Assembly: GCF_006345805.1 (NCBI RefSeq)
Contig: NC_043015.1
Coordinates: 6,696,001 to 6,760,000 of the forward strand
Reading direction: 5' to 3'
DNA length: 64,000 nucleotides
Source: Octopus sinensis
Lineage: Eukaryota
Each line of letters starts with the position of its first letter. Within the stretch, counting starts at the first letter, position 1. Shown piece by piece: positions 51,766 to 64,000 of this stretch. The notes under the pieces are model-generated. The model saw only the letters and a list, made by a program, of their open reading frames with translations, was not told the origin of the DNA and made no database searches. The translations under genes and the position numbers were made by a program.

Positions 51766-54700
51766 TACCCACATTAATAACCATTACTGTTTAGAATTTA
51801 AGCATGAAGTGCCAAATTTGGAATGAAGGACATTAGCCTTTTTATAGAAGCGTGACAGCTAAAGTTCATGTTGATGAGATTTGAACTCTGAAGATAAAGA
51901 TACAAAATATTTACCGCAACGCAGTGTCACAAAAGAGAATTAGTGGCGAAATTTTCAGTCGATTTTACCCTTTTCACTACGTGACTGATGTTTAATAGTT
52001 AATGAACCCGAGAGCATGAACAACAAAGATGACTAAGAGTGAATTTGAACACAGAATGCTAAGAGTTAATACAAGCCATTTTATCGATGCTCTAACGAGT
52101 CCACCAATCCATCGGCATTTTATTATTAATAATATGATATATCTCAAAGCATCACATTTCCATTAGCATGTTAAAGCTTTGTCCATTTACACCCTAGAAA
52201 ATACATTCACCATGAATAATTTATACAGATTACTTTAAGTAATATTCTAGAGTAGCTACAGATCGTTATATTTCTCTAGTGTCCTTCGTAAAGGTGAAAA
52301 TATTCGTGCTAGTGTCTAAAATATTCAAGATTCGGAGTAGTATAGGAAACTACTATTTTCAATACATTTTAGTTTCTAAAGAATTTGATTATCGTTAGTA
52401 TAAATGTGTTGTTTAAAAATTTTTCAATTACTCGTTCTCTTAATATATTCAGCTACTTAATTTTAATGAATTTTACATTACATAATACAAGAAAAGAAAA
52501 ATTGACAAAAAATATTTATTATGAAATTTTATGGTTTCGACCTTACACAAAACGTATCCACAGGAATGATATATCCTCCATCTAAGCCTCTTAAAATATC
52601 AAGCTTCACCTATCTGTAAAGTGACTTCGAAATATTTTCGCTTGCAATTGATATTTCAAACATCAGGGCTCATTCATAATATAGGTACCTGTTATATAAA
52701 TCGATTATATATATACTTTCAGGATAAAAGGATGTTAAACACGAAGTAAGAGAATGTATCAGATATTATGCCTCATAATATGTACTCGTCTGATCAAACG
52801 GGGCTGAACTATCTAATTTTCTTTTATTACTATTTTATACGTGGATTCACAATGGAACTGCGTTGTTCTTAACGCAATGCAAAATGGCTTTGAAATAATA
52901 TGGACTTTATTATCGATACATTTACACCTGTGTTTTATTTTCAGTGAGTAAAAATGTAACGGGTCTGGAAAGTTGAGTTTCGTTTCATGTTTGTATTAAC
53001 AAGTTTCACCGTCTTGAGTATCTCACTTTCTTTTGTGCGAATATATTTTTAATTTCCCTTTTTATGGATCCTAATATAGATTTAGATATAATGTACACGT
53101 ACGCAAATTTATAGAGCGAATGCTTTACAATTAAAATATTTGAAAGCGAGGAATTATTTCTCAAAAACAACGGTGTTATTTAATCGAAAACTGAATGAAG
53201 CTTAATATAGAACACATTCTAATTTAGATTAATACGGTGAAGCACATAATGTAAGTCCTGAAGAAAGAATTTCAATAATTTAACAGATACATCGAGTTTG
53301 ACAAAGGCCACGCTTTCAAGAGGAATTCGGCTGACATATCTCATTTACTTGACATGAACTTATGTTAGCAATCCCCGAGAGAAGATAAACGAAACAAAAC
53401 GCTCCAAGAATATTGAATGAAAACAACCTCCGGTGACTTAATCGTCCGTTCTGCCCCTTAAATTATACAGCAATCTTTAATAAACAATATCAAAATGTTG
53501 TTTAAATCAGCTTTGCTTTTTGTCTTTCAGATAAAATGAATAGTCAGGTTGTAGGGTAGGTGTACTAGTCATGTTGTAGAGTAGATGTAATCAATTGTTT
53601 TCCTTCGCCCAAAGCATGTATGTTCTGTTAGCGATACAAGAAAGTAATACTTAAAATGTTTTGGAAATATTTCCATGTGATGCGCATTACATGTTGAAAA
53701 TAGGAAAATTGTTTGAATGAAGATTATTTTTTGAGATCATATTGCAACAAATTTTCCTCACATCTATAACTGTTTATTATATGATGCTTAAACAACATTC
53801 TATACCCCTACTCCACTTCACCAATTTTACTCTCATATTTGAAAATGTCTTATCAACATTTTCGACAAGAAACATAATTCTTCTCAAAATTGTCAGCCTA
53901 TGTGTGGTAGGGCAATTTTTCATTGTCAATATGTATGAAATTGCCACTTCATTCAATTCAGATTTTGGCGATAAGAAAACTGGCCGGCATTGATTTAAAT
54001 AGACACACACTGTTCAACCCCCGAGTGATAATATTGCGCTCTTCGGTCTTCTTGTGTCTGGAGGTAAGAAATTTTGAATAATTTACTTGACAAAAGTTTA
54101 ATTGTTAAGCTACTAAATTGATTATTGATTATGACTGTTGAAAGAATCTCCAAGCTAATTTACATTGCTTAGTGAGTATGATTTTAAACCAATTAGATTC
54201 CAGACAACGTTGGTGGTGTTTGTGACGTGTCTGTCCACTTGACATCGAAATGTCTCAAACAGGAAATAATATTTCTTTCACCTCTGCAAAGGACATTCGT
54301 GAATTAATATATTAAATTCTCTTAAAGAGAACATTTATTTAGGTTACGCAAGGTTTAACAGCTTTTAACCCGAATAGAATTTATATATCACAGTGATGCA
54401 GACAAAGGTGTACACGTTAAGACGACAAAGGGACAACATACATCGAATATGATTTTAAATAACATAAAATTCCTATTATTGAAATATAAAAGCGAAGCTC
54501 ACTATTCGCTAATTATTCAAGTAAAGGCAGTGAATCTGTAAAACCTGTAATTGAAATATGATTATAATGCTCAAAACAAGGCGATGTATTTGAAAAATGT
54601 TTATTGAACTTTGGATATGTCTCCCAAATCCACCGTAATTATCTAAGATACCTCTGTAAATTATCAAAACGCTAATGTTGAAATATGAAAACAGTTTAAA

Positions 54701-56673
54701 CACTTTTAATAATTATTGAAGACAGCGTGCGGTACTTCAGAATTGCAGAAGGTTAGAGAAAAGAACGAAGAGGTTTTACGTTCTACTCGGGAGTTCGAGT
54801 TCTAAGCAAACTGGATGTGCGCTTGCTTTTAATCATTCAAGGGCGATGAAATAAGTACCCGCCTGTGTCGTTTTTAATACATTTGCGGATGAATACAAAC
54901 GTTTACACAAATGATTAACGAAAATCGTGTTGGGCATAATTTCCTGTTGTCTTTTACAGGGATAAAAGCCATCAGAGATGGTTATGTATTGGATGCTCAC
55001 GCGATCAATTATTACACACACCAATCATATGTTGTGATGGGATCAATTATCTACGGAATTAAAAAAATGATGGCGATCTTGTAAATAGTATGTACCTCTG
55101 AATTCTGACTTTAAATATTACTAAATATCCATACAATTTGTCCGATCAAAGATTCCTCTACACAATGGTTTAAAAGAAAATTTAATCAAAATTTCAAATA
55201 ATAAGCCAACCTCAAATTTAAGCTTATTCACAAGAAAAGACTTTCACATAAGCATCTGTACATTTTCCAATTTACCTCATGTGACTCTACTTTTCATACA
55301 TAATTATCTGTTAATCTTTTCATACTGTTCTCCATTCATCATCCATTAAATTCTGATGACAACCAGTCTTTAAAGTATGATCTTCCCCAATATGTTCATA
55401 CCTGTCTTGTAGACGTGTTAATCCATCCATCAATTGCTTCCAAATATATTATTACGTTTAACACATTTTCAACAGGAATAAAACTTAAAAGTAATTGTCA
55501 ACATTTATAAAATAAGTTTACATACATACATGCATACATCCATGCAAGTAAATACATACATAAATATATAATTGTGTGTATGTTTATATATGTGCACACA
55601 CACACATATACCTGCATATCATATATAGATATTATCTGATAACTTATGCTTAGTTTTAAAACCGGATATGAAACGGCAACAAAATAGAGAGATCGACAAG
55701 TTTTCTACAATACAAATATATTATTTCATTCTTTAATGATTTATATTCTATCCTTTGTATATTGACATATGTAAAGAGATAGATCACACACACACACATA
55801 TATATATATATAGATATATGTATGTATATATTCATATATACACATATGTGTGTGTGTGCCTGTGGGTGTATTTGAGTGTTTAAGTATATATGTTTGCTCA
55901 TTGTGAGGACATGTATTTTTATACACACGTTTAATTTGATGTCTTTGATTCTCGTTCAAATTTCAAGATGCATTTGATTTATGGCCAATCCAGAATATTT
56001 TAATATTTATTCTCTGAGTTGGCAAATTTTTTTTAGCATCTTTATTAATGAAATCTGCATTACATCTAGATATATACGTGTTTACCATTAATTTGCGCCG
56101 AATGTTCCAGTCTGGCCAATATAAATAGATATTCATACGACATAGTGAAGTAAACTTAAAACGATGCTAAATTGAGCATAGAATGAAACGAGATATATGA
56201 CAAATAATCGCATTTTCTTTACAAAAAAGGTTAGAAAGAATGAAATGTCTAGTGTTAAATTAAATCGCAGTGATTCGCAAACAGAAATTCATATCAAAAT
56301 CGATGCATACTAAGAATATTCCAACTTAAAAAGATATCCATTTAGAATCGTATATACTATGACTGTATCGCGAATCCTGTATAATACTAATTTTTCTCCT
56401 TAGTAAATCAATATCAAGTGATTTTGAAAAGAAATGTCAATTATTTCTTTTAGCTTTCAGAAGAGTTGGAATCTAATTGTCATGGTATTCTGTTTTCTGT
56501 AAGTATGTGTAACTATTTTTAATTCTGGTGCCAAAAGAAATAACATACGTCAATTTCGCTACTAAATTCTGCCTCATTCCTTGATGACCATGTCATCATC
56601 ACGTTGGCGAAATTCTACTGCTGTTCTTCAGCTCCGTTCACCTCTGATCTTGTAGTATTTATGTCCGAAATTG

Positions 56674-57060
56674 TGGAGGCGCAATAGCCCAGTGGTAAGG
56701 GCAGCGGACTCGCAATTGTAGGACCGTGGTTTCGATTCCCAGACCGGGCGCTGTGAGCGTTTATTCAGCGAAAACACCTACAGTTCCACGAGGCTCCGGC
56801 AGGGGCTGGTAGCGAACCCTGCTGTACTCTTTCAACACAACTTTCTCTCACTCTTTCTTTCTGTTTCTGCTGTACCTGTATTTCAAAGGGCCAGCCTTGT
56901 CACACTCTGTGTCACGCTGAATCTCCCCGAGAACTACGTCAAGGGGACACGAGTCTGTGGAGTGCTCAACCACTTGCACGTTAATTTCACGAGCAGGCTG
57001 TTCCATTTATCGGATCAACTGGAACCCTCGTCGTCGTAACCGACGGAGTGCCAACAACAA
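56674..57060 (+). mobile_element. full-length tRNA-derived SINE family D with perfect 14 bp TSD
   Basis: A-box-like TAGCCCAGTGGTAAGG, B-box GGTTTCGATTCC, (CAA)n tail; TATGTCCGAAATTG at 56660-56673 and 57061-57074. Confidence 0.92.
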
Positions 57061-57644
57061 TATGTCCGAAATTGATCAAGCCAATTATTAATCTATAAGA
57101 AACTACATTCGGTTGCAATGTATCTGTTGAAGAAGGAATATGTATATGAGGATTTTGACTGTTGTTTTTAGTAGATAAAGAACCACAGATAAATATACTT
57201 TCTTTTTTCAAGACCTAGGCGAATCCTATTCGATCTGTCACCAACTATCTGTTTTGTTTAAGAAGTGCTAATGTGTTTAACGCGTCCATTGTTATACTTT
57301 TAAAACTGTAGAGTGTTGCTTAAGGGAAAATTCTCTGATATTTCTAACACGTCCGGCTAAATCTAAAAGTTCATCTCCACATGATCTCTTAGGTTATCCA
57401 TAAAGATGTCCATGCTGCCTGCCTTTGGCGTACACAGCAGCAGTGATTATTCTTTGAGTACTGGTGCTGCGCTGTCACGTTATCAATGACGTGCAACTGG
57501 GATGGTAAAGAGGATGGCTCTGTCTGGTAGGCAATACGTAGACACCTAAAAGTGTTAAAGGTAGCAAAGAATAGCATCTGCTGCTAAATCATTAGCTTGC
57601 GAGTGACGGTTCTAGTAATCTAAAAGCAAAATCTGTCATATATC

Positions 57645-58052
57645 TCTTTACTCTCTCTTTTACTCTTTTACTTGTTTCAGTCATTTGACTGCGGCCATGC
57701 TGGAGCACCGCCTTTGATCGAGCAAACTCGACCCCGGGACTTATTCTTTTTTGTAAGCCCAGTACTTATTTTATCGGTCTCTTTTGCGGAACCGCTAAGT
57801 AACGGGGACATAAACACACCAGCATCGGTTGTCAAGCAATGCTAGGGGGACAAATACAGACACACAAACACACACACGCATATATATATATACATATATA
57901 CGACGGGCTTCTTTCAGTTTCCGCCTACCAAATCCACTCACAAGGCTTTGGTCGGCCCGAGGCTATAGTAGAAGACACTTGCCCAAGGTGCCACGCAGTG
58001 GGACTGAACCCGGAATCATGTGGTTGGTAGACAAACTACTTACCACACAGCC
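57645..58052 (-). mobile_element. SINE family A, full length
   Basis: same blocks as other family A copies. Confidence 0.9.
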
Positions 58053-58148
58053 ACTCAATATAAATTATTAAGCCCGACAAATACAGATACAGCATTGTTT
58101 CTACTTTGCAACTGTTACCATCGCTAAGGTTACCAATTATGCTATATT

Positions 58149-58759
58149 CTTTGCTACTTTAAGCATAAGAGCCAAAATTTGGCGGGAGGGGTCTAGATGA
58201 TTAGATCGACCGCAGTACGCAGCAGGTACTTAATTTATCGACCCCGAAATAATGAAAGGCAAAGTCGACTTCGGTGGTATTTGAACTCAGAACGTAAAAG
58301 CAGACGAAATACCGCTAAGCATTTCGCCTGGCGTGCTAACATTTCTTATTTTTTTTATTGCCCACAAGGGACTAAGCATAGAGGGGACAAACAAGGACAG
58401 ATGAAGGGATGAAATCGATTACATCGACCCCAGTGCGTAATTGGTACTTCATTTATCGACTCCGAAAGGATGAAAAGCAAAGTCGACCTCGACGGAAATT
58501 GAACTCAGAACGGAACGGCAGACGAAATACCTATTTCTTTACTACCCACATGGGGCTAAACACAGAGGGGCAAACAAGGACAGACAAATAAATTAATTCG
58601 ATTACATCGACCCTAGTGCATAACTGGTACTTAATATATCGACCCCGAAAGGATGAAAGGCAAAGTCGACATCGGCGGAATTTGAATTCAGAACGGAACG
58701 GCAGACGAAATACCGCTAAGTACTTCTACGTGCTAATATTTCTGCCAGCTCGCCGCCTT
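58149..58759 (-). mobile_element. SINE family B trimer
   Basis: three bodies; junction GACGAAATACC|TATTTCTTTACTACCCAC at 58531/58532; TSD-like CAATTATGCTATATT (58134-58148) / CAAGTAAGCTATATT (58760-58774). Confidence 0.9.
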
Positions 58760-59851
58760 CAAGTAAGCTATATTAGCTGTATTCATTTCGTGATAGGTGA
58801 ACTCGTTCCTTGAGATTTGTGACACAGTTACCGATATACACTGCTGTTATGATACGAATCCAAAGAGAAAGCGAAAGAATCTGAAGATATATAACGAGAA
58901 GCAGTAAATTAATGTGATATTCAGTTTTGAAAATCTAATTGTATGATTCAAGCGCTTGATTTTACTCAGATATCTAGAAGATGATAATTAAAAGCAACTT
59001 CATTTACTTTTGTAATTATGGCATTAGGAATTTTTCACGGGTGAAACTAACACAAGTGCAAACATTACAGGCATAGTTTACATATCACGAAACCGATCGT
59101 GTAAAGAATTTAGGTTACATACGTGCTTACAGTCAATCTAAACATCCATCATGCTGCTATCCTAGCTGTAATTGTTGAACAAATGACTGGAATGTTGAGC
59201 TTGCAGAAGAATTTACTTTCAGGTAAATTCTTGAGAAGTCGCGTTTGGCAAAACGAATTTAATTCTTGTTTCGCAATGTAATGAATAACACATCAGTCCT
59301 GTTTTGTTCAACAAGGAATCACTTGTCAGCTAACGCAACATATTATGAAACGTAGAAGATATATACGTACGATTATTTGTCTAAATGTTTCATAGCGATA
59401 AATTATCACGGTGTATAAAATTAGAGTTTCATGCTGAAAACGTAAATTTTTGAGATTTTAATCACGCAAATATATTAAATTCACTTGCATATAAACTTTA
59501 TAAGACAACAGATTAACTTGACTTAAGATTCAAATACCTTTAAATGCGAAGCGTCAAACATACGCACCAAAGGAAGTTTCAAATATACATTTTATAAAAT
59601 GTTAGGAATTTGTCAGAAATTCTCGACGACATTTTAATTGAGGGACAGCGCTAGGGTTTCATTTGTTTGCTTCTGTGATAAAGAGAATTGTGTCAAATGG
59701 TAATATAAGCAAATTTTGTTCAATGCATCATGTAATAATTCTTGTTTTGGGACTGACAACGCATGTCAAAAGACTTATAATCAGGGAGTACATTAACTGC
59801 ATCTTATGCGTATATATAATGCTTAATTATATATATATATATATATATATA

Positions 59852-60190
59852 CCATAACGGTGAAAGTAATACCTGCTCATATGCCTACGCAAAATTGCAG
59901 AAAATGTATGGGGTGGAGTGTATGAGCCGCACACAAGTGTACGAGTGTTCCAGACGTTTCCAAGGTGCCCGAAACATTCTCGATATTGCACACCACACTC
60001 TGACAGACACACACTTATTTGTATGTTTAGTAGCGATCTGGCTGTACAGTAAGTCTAATAAGTACTTTCTGTATAAGTTACTTGAAAACATGTTATCAAT
60101 GCTTTTGGGGGATACTCACAAATAAGTCTTATACACTCCAATTTCTTTATCATTATGCACAATACTCTAATTTTGTGAATACCCTCACGA
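59852..60190 (+). mobile_element. internally deleted Tc1/mariner (mariner-type) transposon remnant
   Basis: YAKLQKMYGVECMSRTQVYECSRRFQGAR matches the mariner N-terminal HTH pattern (..YG..CMSRTQV.EW..RF..GR); KHVINAFGGY resembles the C-terminal KCI.A.G.Y; TIR-like TTTTGTGAATACCCTCACGA. Confidence 0.8.
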
Positions 60191-60541
60191 AATCTTGATG
60201 AAGCCGGGGCCGTGTCTACACTCAATATCATGTTGTTTCAAAGCACAGTTCTAATCTATATACCCACGCGCGTGCCTGCAGTAACGTTATAAATTATGAT
60301 ATTACACGAAAGTATCTAAGCTTTACAATATTTCTACGGATATAATCCTATAGACCTCAAATAAAATGGTTTCTCATTTTACAGCCTACGCATAAACAAA
60401 ATATATATCTACCTACCTAAATCCATACATGACTTTGATTGAATGAATGTATGGCTATATTTATACATGCATTCATACATATATACACACACATATATAT
60501 ATATATATACAAATATATACATATATATACACATATACATA

Positions 60542-60574
<33 letters not shown>

Positions 60575-60676
60575 TACATACTTATACATGTATACAAAGA
60601 GGGAAACGAAATGTGGCATGCATCTATCAATCTTTCTGTCTCTCTCTTTGTATATACATATATATACATAATACAT

Positions 60677-60755
<79 letters not shown>

Positions 60756-61285
60756 GAATCGAAAGCGTTTCGATACATCATAGATCAATACTTATTAAAA
60801 GTGTAGAAATAATCCCTGGAAATGTATTAAAGCCTCCATTTCACTCTAAACGGATGGATTATCATTTCTGCTTCTTACACCCAAGTTTTAGAACTTTCAC
60901 GTGAACACTATAGTTTATAGAATCCAATCATCTCTTATTTACTCAAACAGAAACCGACAGTTTAATACGGATGGAAATAACAACAAAAATAACGATAGAA
61001 CAAAATGTCTGCGTGTTTGATTTTATTGTTTTAGCTTTTAATATTTCATCTTTCTTTCTTCCATTTTATTTTGTATATCATTTTATTTATGATATGATAT
61101 CAAAACTCCTTTTATGTTACAATCCTCGAATCATAATCTAATGCGATTTTCCTATTCTAGAATTGGTTACATGAGGCGAGTATGTATATATATGTGTGTA
61201 TATGTATGCATATATGTATATATATGAACGTATGTATCTTGATAAGTCTGTGTAAATGTATATATATGTGTGTGTGTGTGTGTAA

Positions 61286-61378
61286 TTTATAAAATATATA
61301 ATATATAAAAAATAAATAAGTATATAACATATATTTATAAAATATATAATATATAAAAAATAAATAAGTATATAACAT
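61286..61378. repeat. 48 bp-period tandem duplication (AT-rich)
   Basis: TTTATAAAATATATAATATATAAAAAATAAATAAGTATATAACAT twice. Confidence 0.9.
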
Positions 61379-61554
61379 TGATCATTTATTGCAATATTTT
61401 CCTTTCATTTAAACGAATATTAAGTATTCATCTTTGTTATGTTTTTTTTTGTTTTTTTCATTTCTTAAGTTGTTCACGTCAGCCTCTATCTATTAATGAA
61501 CAATGATGGAACAATGGAAGATCATAAATGTTCGTTGAATACGATGTATATTTA

Positions 61555-61885
61555 TAATGGTGGTGGTGGTGGAGTTTCTGATGATGATGATGACTATAGT
61601 GATGATGATGACTATGATGATGATAACTATGATGGTGATGATGATGGTAATGGTGATGATGACGATAATGGCAAAAATAATGATTATGATGATGCTAATG
61701 ATGATGATGGTTATAGTGATGATGATGATGTCTCTGATTACGATAACTATGATGATGATGATGATGGTAATGGTGATGATGACGATAATGGCGAAAATAA
61801 TGATTATAATGCTGCTGCTGCTGATGATGATGATGATGATAATGATGATGATGATGACGATCATGATGATTATAATGACGCTGAT
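61555..61885. repeat. degenerate (GAT)n array containing a 120 bp-period duplication
   Basis: GATAACTATGATG.TGATGATGATGGTAATGGTGATGATGACGATAATGGC.AAAATAATGATTAT at ~61622 and ~61742. Confidence 0.9.
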
Positions 61886-63409
61886 ATTTTCATGTCTTTC
61901 CTCCTGTGTCAAATCTTACTGAGCTAATATGTATGCCGAAAGGCGTTCCAGCCATGTCCATTCATCTTATCTGATTTGTATATATAGAATTACCTTCTCA
62001 AATGTTTTCATCTCATTTTTTTTCTGTTTCAAGTCTGTAAAGTGCATTCACATCTAAAGATGGCGGTGATGACGATGGTATGTTTCTATAACGGCTTCAC
62101 TGAATTTCGTTCACAGATGGAATATCTCCCAGCTTCCTGTTTGGTGTTACTGTACTCGTAATTTTACTATTTAGTAATGTTTTGTAATTCGAAGCGAATT
62201 TCAAATGTGATTAAAACTATGCTACTTCTGTGACAAACAATTACCCGAGATTCAATCCTAATTAGGTAATTAAATAATCTCTTGATGTTGTACGTTTTTC
62301 AATAGCTGTATACCTAGTGAATCACAGTTAAAAATAAATCTAATCAATATGACTGTCTCTCAATATCTACTATACATGATCCTAACATTGTCGTTGTACC
62401 ATATGTTGTAGTTTATTAGATAATGTGAATGTCAATGCCTGATGCTAACTTCTTTCCCAAGCCTTGTTGTTGTTAACAGAAAATTAACAGAATATTCTCG
62501 CAACGGAAATTGGAGGAAATCTCAAACAGTCTCTGGTGACTCCATTTTTTTTTCCTTCTTTGTCATCTCTCTTCTACATCACTAATAATTTGACAAGACT
62601 GTGTTTCTAACTCCCCTTAAGACAAGTCGAAATATTTAGAATCGAAGAAAGAGAGTGGTTATTATTAGATGTGCAATCAATAAATTATTTAATGAATATT
62701 AAGTGCGATTATTAAATTAACACATGATTAAAAATTAAAAAGTTTATGTTGGCCATTACCTCTTAATTAAGAATGTCTTTTAAGGTTTACATCAAACCAA
62801 TCACAAAATCGATAGCGGTAAAACTTTTACTAGTTTTAATATAATAACTTTCAACCAATGTTTCCGATGTTTGTTTTTATTGGAAAGGTTCTTCTTTTAT
62901 TCGATTATTATTTTATTTAAATTACATTTTTTAAGGAAATTTTCATTTCCTTTACTCAATCTTTCCACGATAAATTAAACTACTACAAGATGCAATAATC
63001 AAATTAAATTCTATGTGCTTTAATTGCAAAATGAAGGTGGACATTAGATTTTCAAGCAAGTTATGATATTCTATCATAATATGCATAGCTAATGTCACTT
63101 TGTTCAATTTAAGTGTGGTTCGATATTGGTTTCACTTCAAAAATACTGCTTCTCAGTATTACGAAATTCTTGAGAGTGCAGCACCACCAACCATTCTAAG
63201 AATATTCATTTTGTGTTAAAACATTTGCACAGAGCCTCGAAATTAATAACGATTATCCTATATATGTTTTGTGTACAATAATTCTTGTGTTTGAATCCCG
63301 CTATAATCCCTATTTCAAAGCTCTGATATTGTTGAATAGTAGTTTCTCATTTTGGAACAAGGCTAACAATTTATGGGATAATTACATTGATTCCCTGTGT
63401 TCAAACCAT

Positions 63410-63582
63410 ACTGAAGTTATCGACCCTGAAAGGAAGGAAGGCAAATTCGACCTCAATGGAATTTGAACCCAGGGCATAAATACGGGTGGAATATCTATGC
63501 ATATGAACCCAGGGCATAAATACGGGTGGAATATCTATGCATTCTGCCTTGTATGCTAACGATTTTGCCAGCTCGCCGCCCT
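63410..63582 (-). mobile_element. degenerate SINE family B with internal 40 bp tandem duplication
   Basis: TGAACCCAGGGCATAAATACGGGTGGAATATCTATGCAT at 63464 and 63504; GCCAGCTCGCCGCCC head. Confidence 0.75.
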
Positions 63583-64000
63583 TATATCATTGAATATTAA
63601 ATGTAGCACTTCAGCATAAATTTGTCTCTGAGTTTTCTGATTTAAAATACATTCTTGATTTAATCATTTGTTTACAAAACGTATATACAACACACTTGGT
63701 ATATTATGAATTATTTCATTTAGAAATTTACTACTAAATGAACAATTTACAGTACTTGATGCAGATTAATATGAGGATCTGTTTTCGAAAGTAATCTATT
63801 CAAGTAATGTCATGTGCACACTTCGCGATCAGTGTTTTTTAATCGGTTGATTTGACACCATATTTGAAGTAATCTTCTCTCAGTAACACAGCACATGACA
63901 AGAAAACTATATGATGCAACAACAAAATAAATAAAGTACTGATTAGATACACTTCGTATAAAATTAATGTTCCTCTACAGTTCTATTTCATTTCTATATA

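Noticed and set aside
59205-59230. Plus-strand TTTACTTTCAG|GTAAAT as a recursive site (similar at ~7210 and ~16610 on minus)
   Set aside because: Short pyrimidine tract and imperfect donor; expected by chance in AT-rich DNA
61493-61927. Acidic Asp-rich ORF as a biomineralisation-type protein
   Set aside because: Degenerate (GAT)n array open in several frames on both strands, with no signal peptide or splice context

Overview
Eukaryotic, very AT-rich, repeat-dominated DNA with no recognisable host protein-coding gene, and a 100-N assembly gap at 5066-5165. The SINE families and the dense (AT)n/(GATA)n/(CA)n/(AAT)n microsatellites point to an octopod cephalopod (Octopus-like); this is recognition from memory, not a database result. 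Nearly every ORF in the supplied track is a microsatellite or SINE translation artefact. Real coding signal is limited to a 5'-truncated RTE-type LINE ORF end with three C2H2-type fingers (24173-24787) and a mariner transposase remnant (~59852-60190). At least four tRNA-derived SINE families are present (here called A-D). Best second-look items: (1) family-B SINEs present as head-to-tail dimers/trimers with the same junction at three loci, each multimer bracketed by a single TSD-like repeat; (2) two or three minimal Penelope-type hammerhead ribozyme relics; (3) an unexplained ~55-60 bp-stem hairpin at 46535-46678; (4) a textbook recursive-splice-site motif on the minus strand at 29459; (5) an unexplained ~180 bp direct repeat around a 630 bp unique segment; (6) several weak candidate minus-strand exons. 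No CRISPR array, rRNA or bona fide tRNA gene was found.
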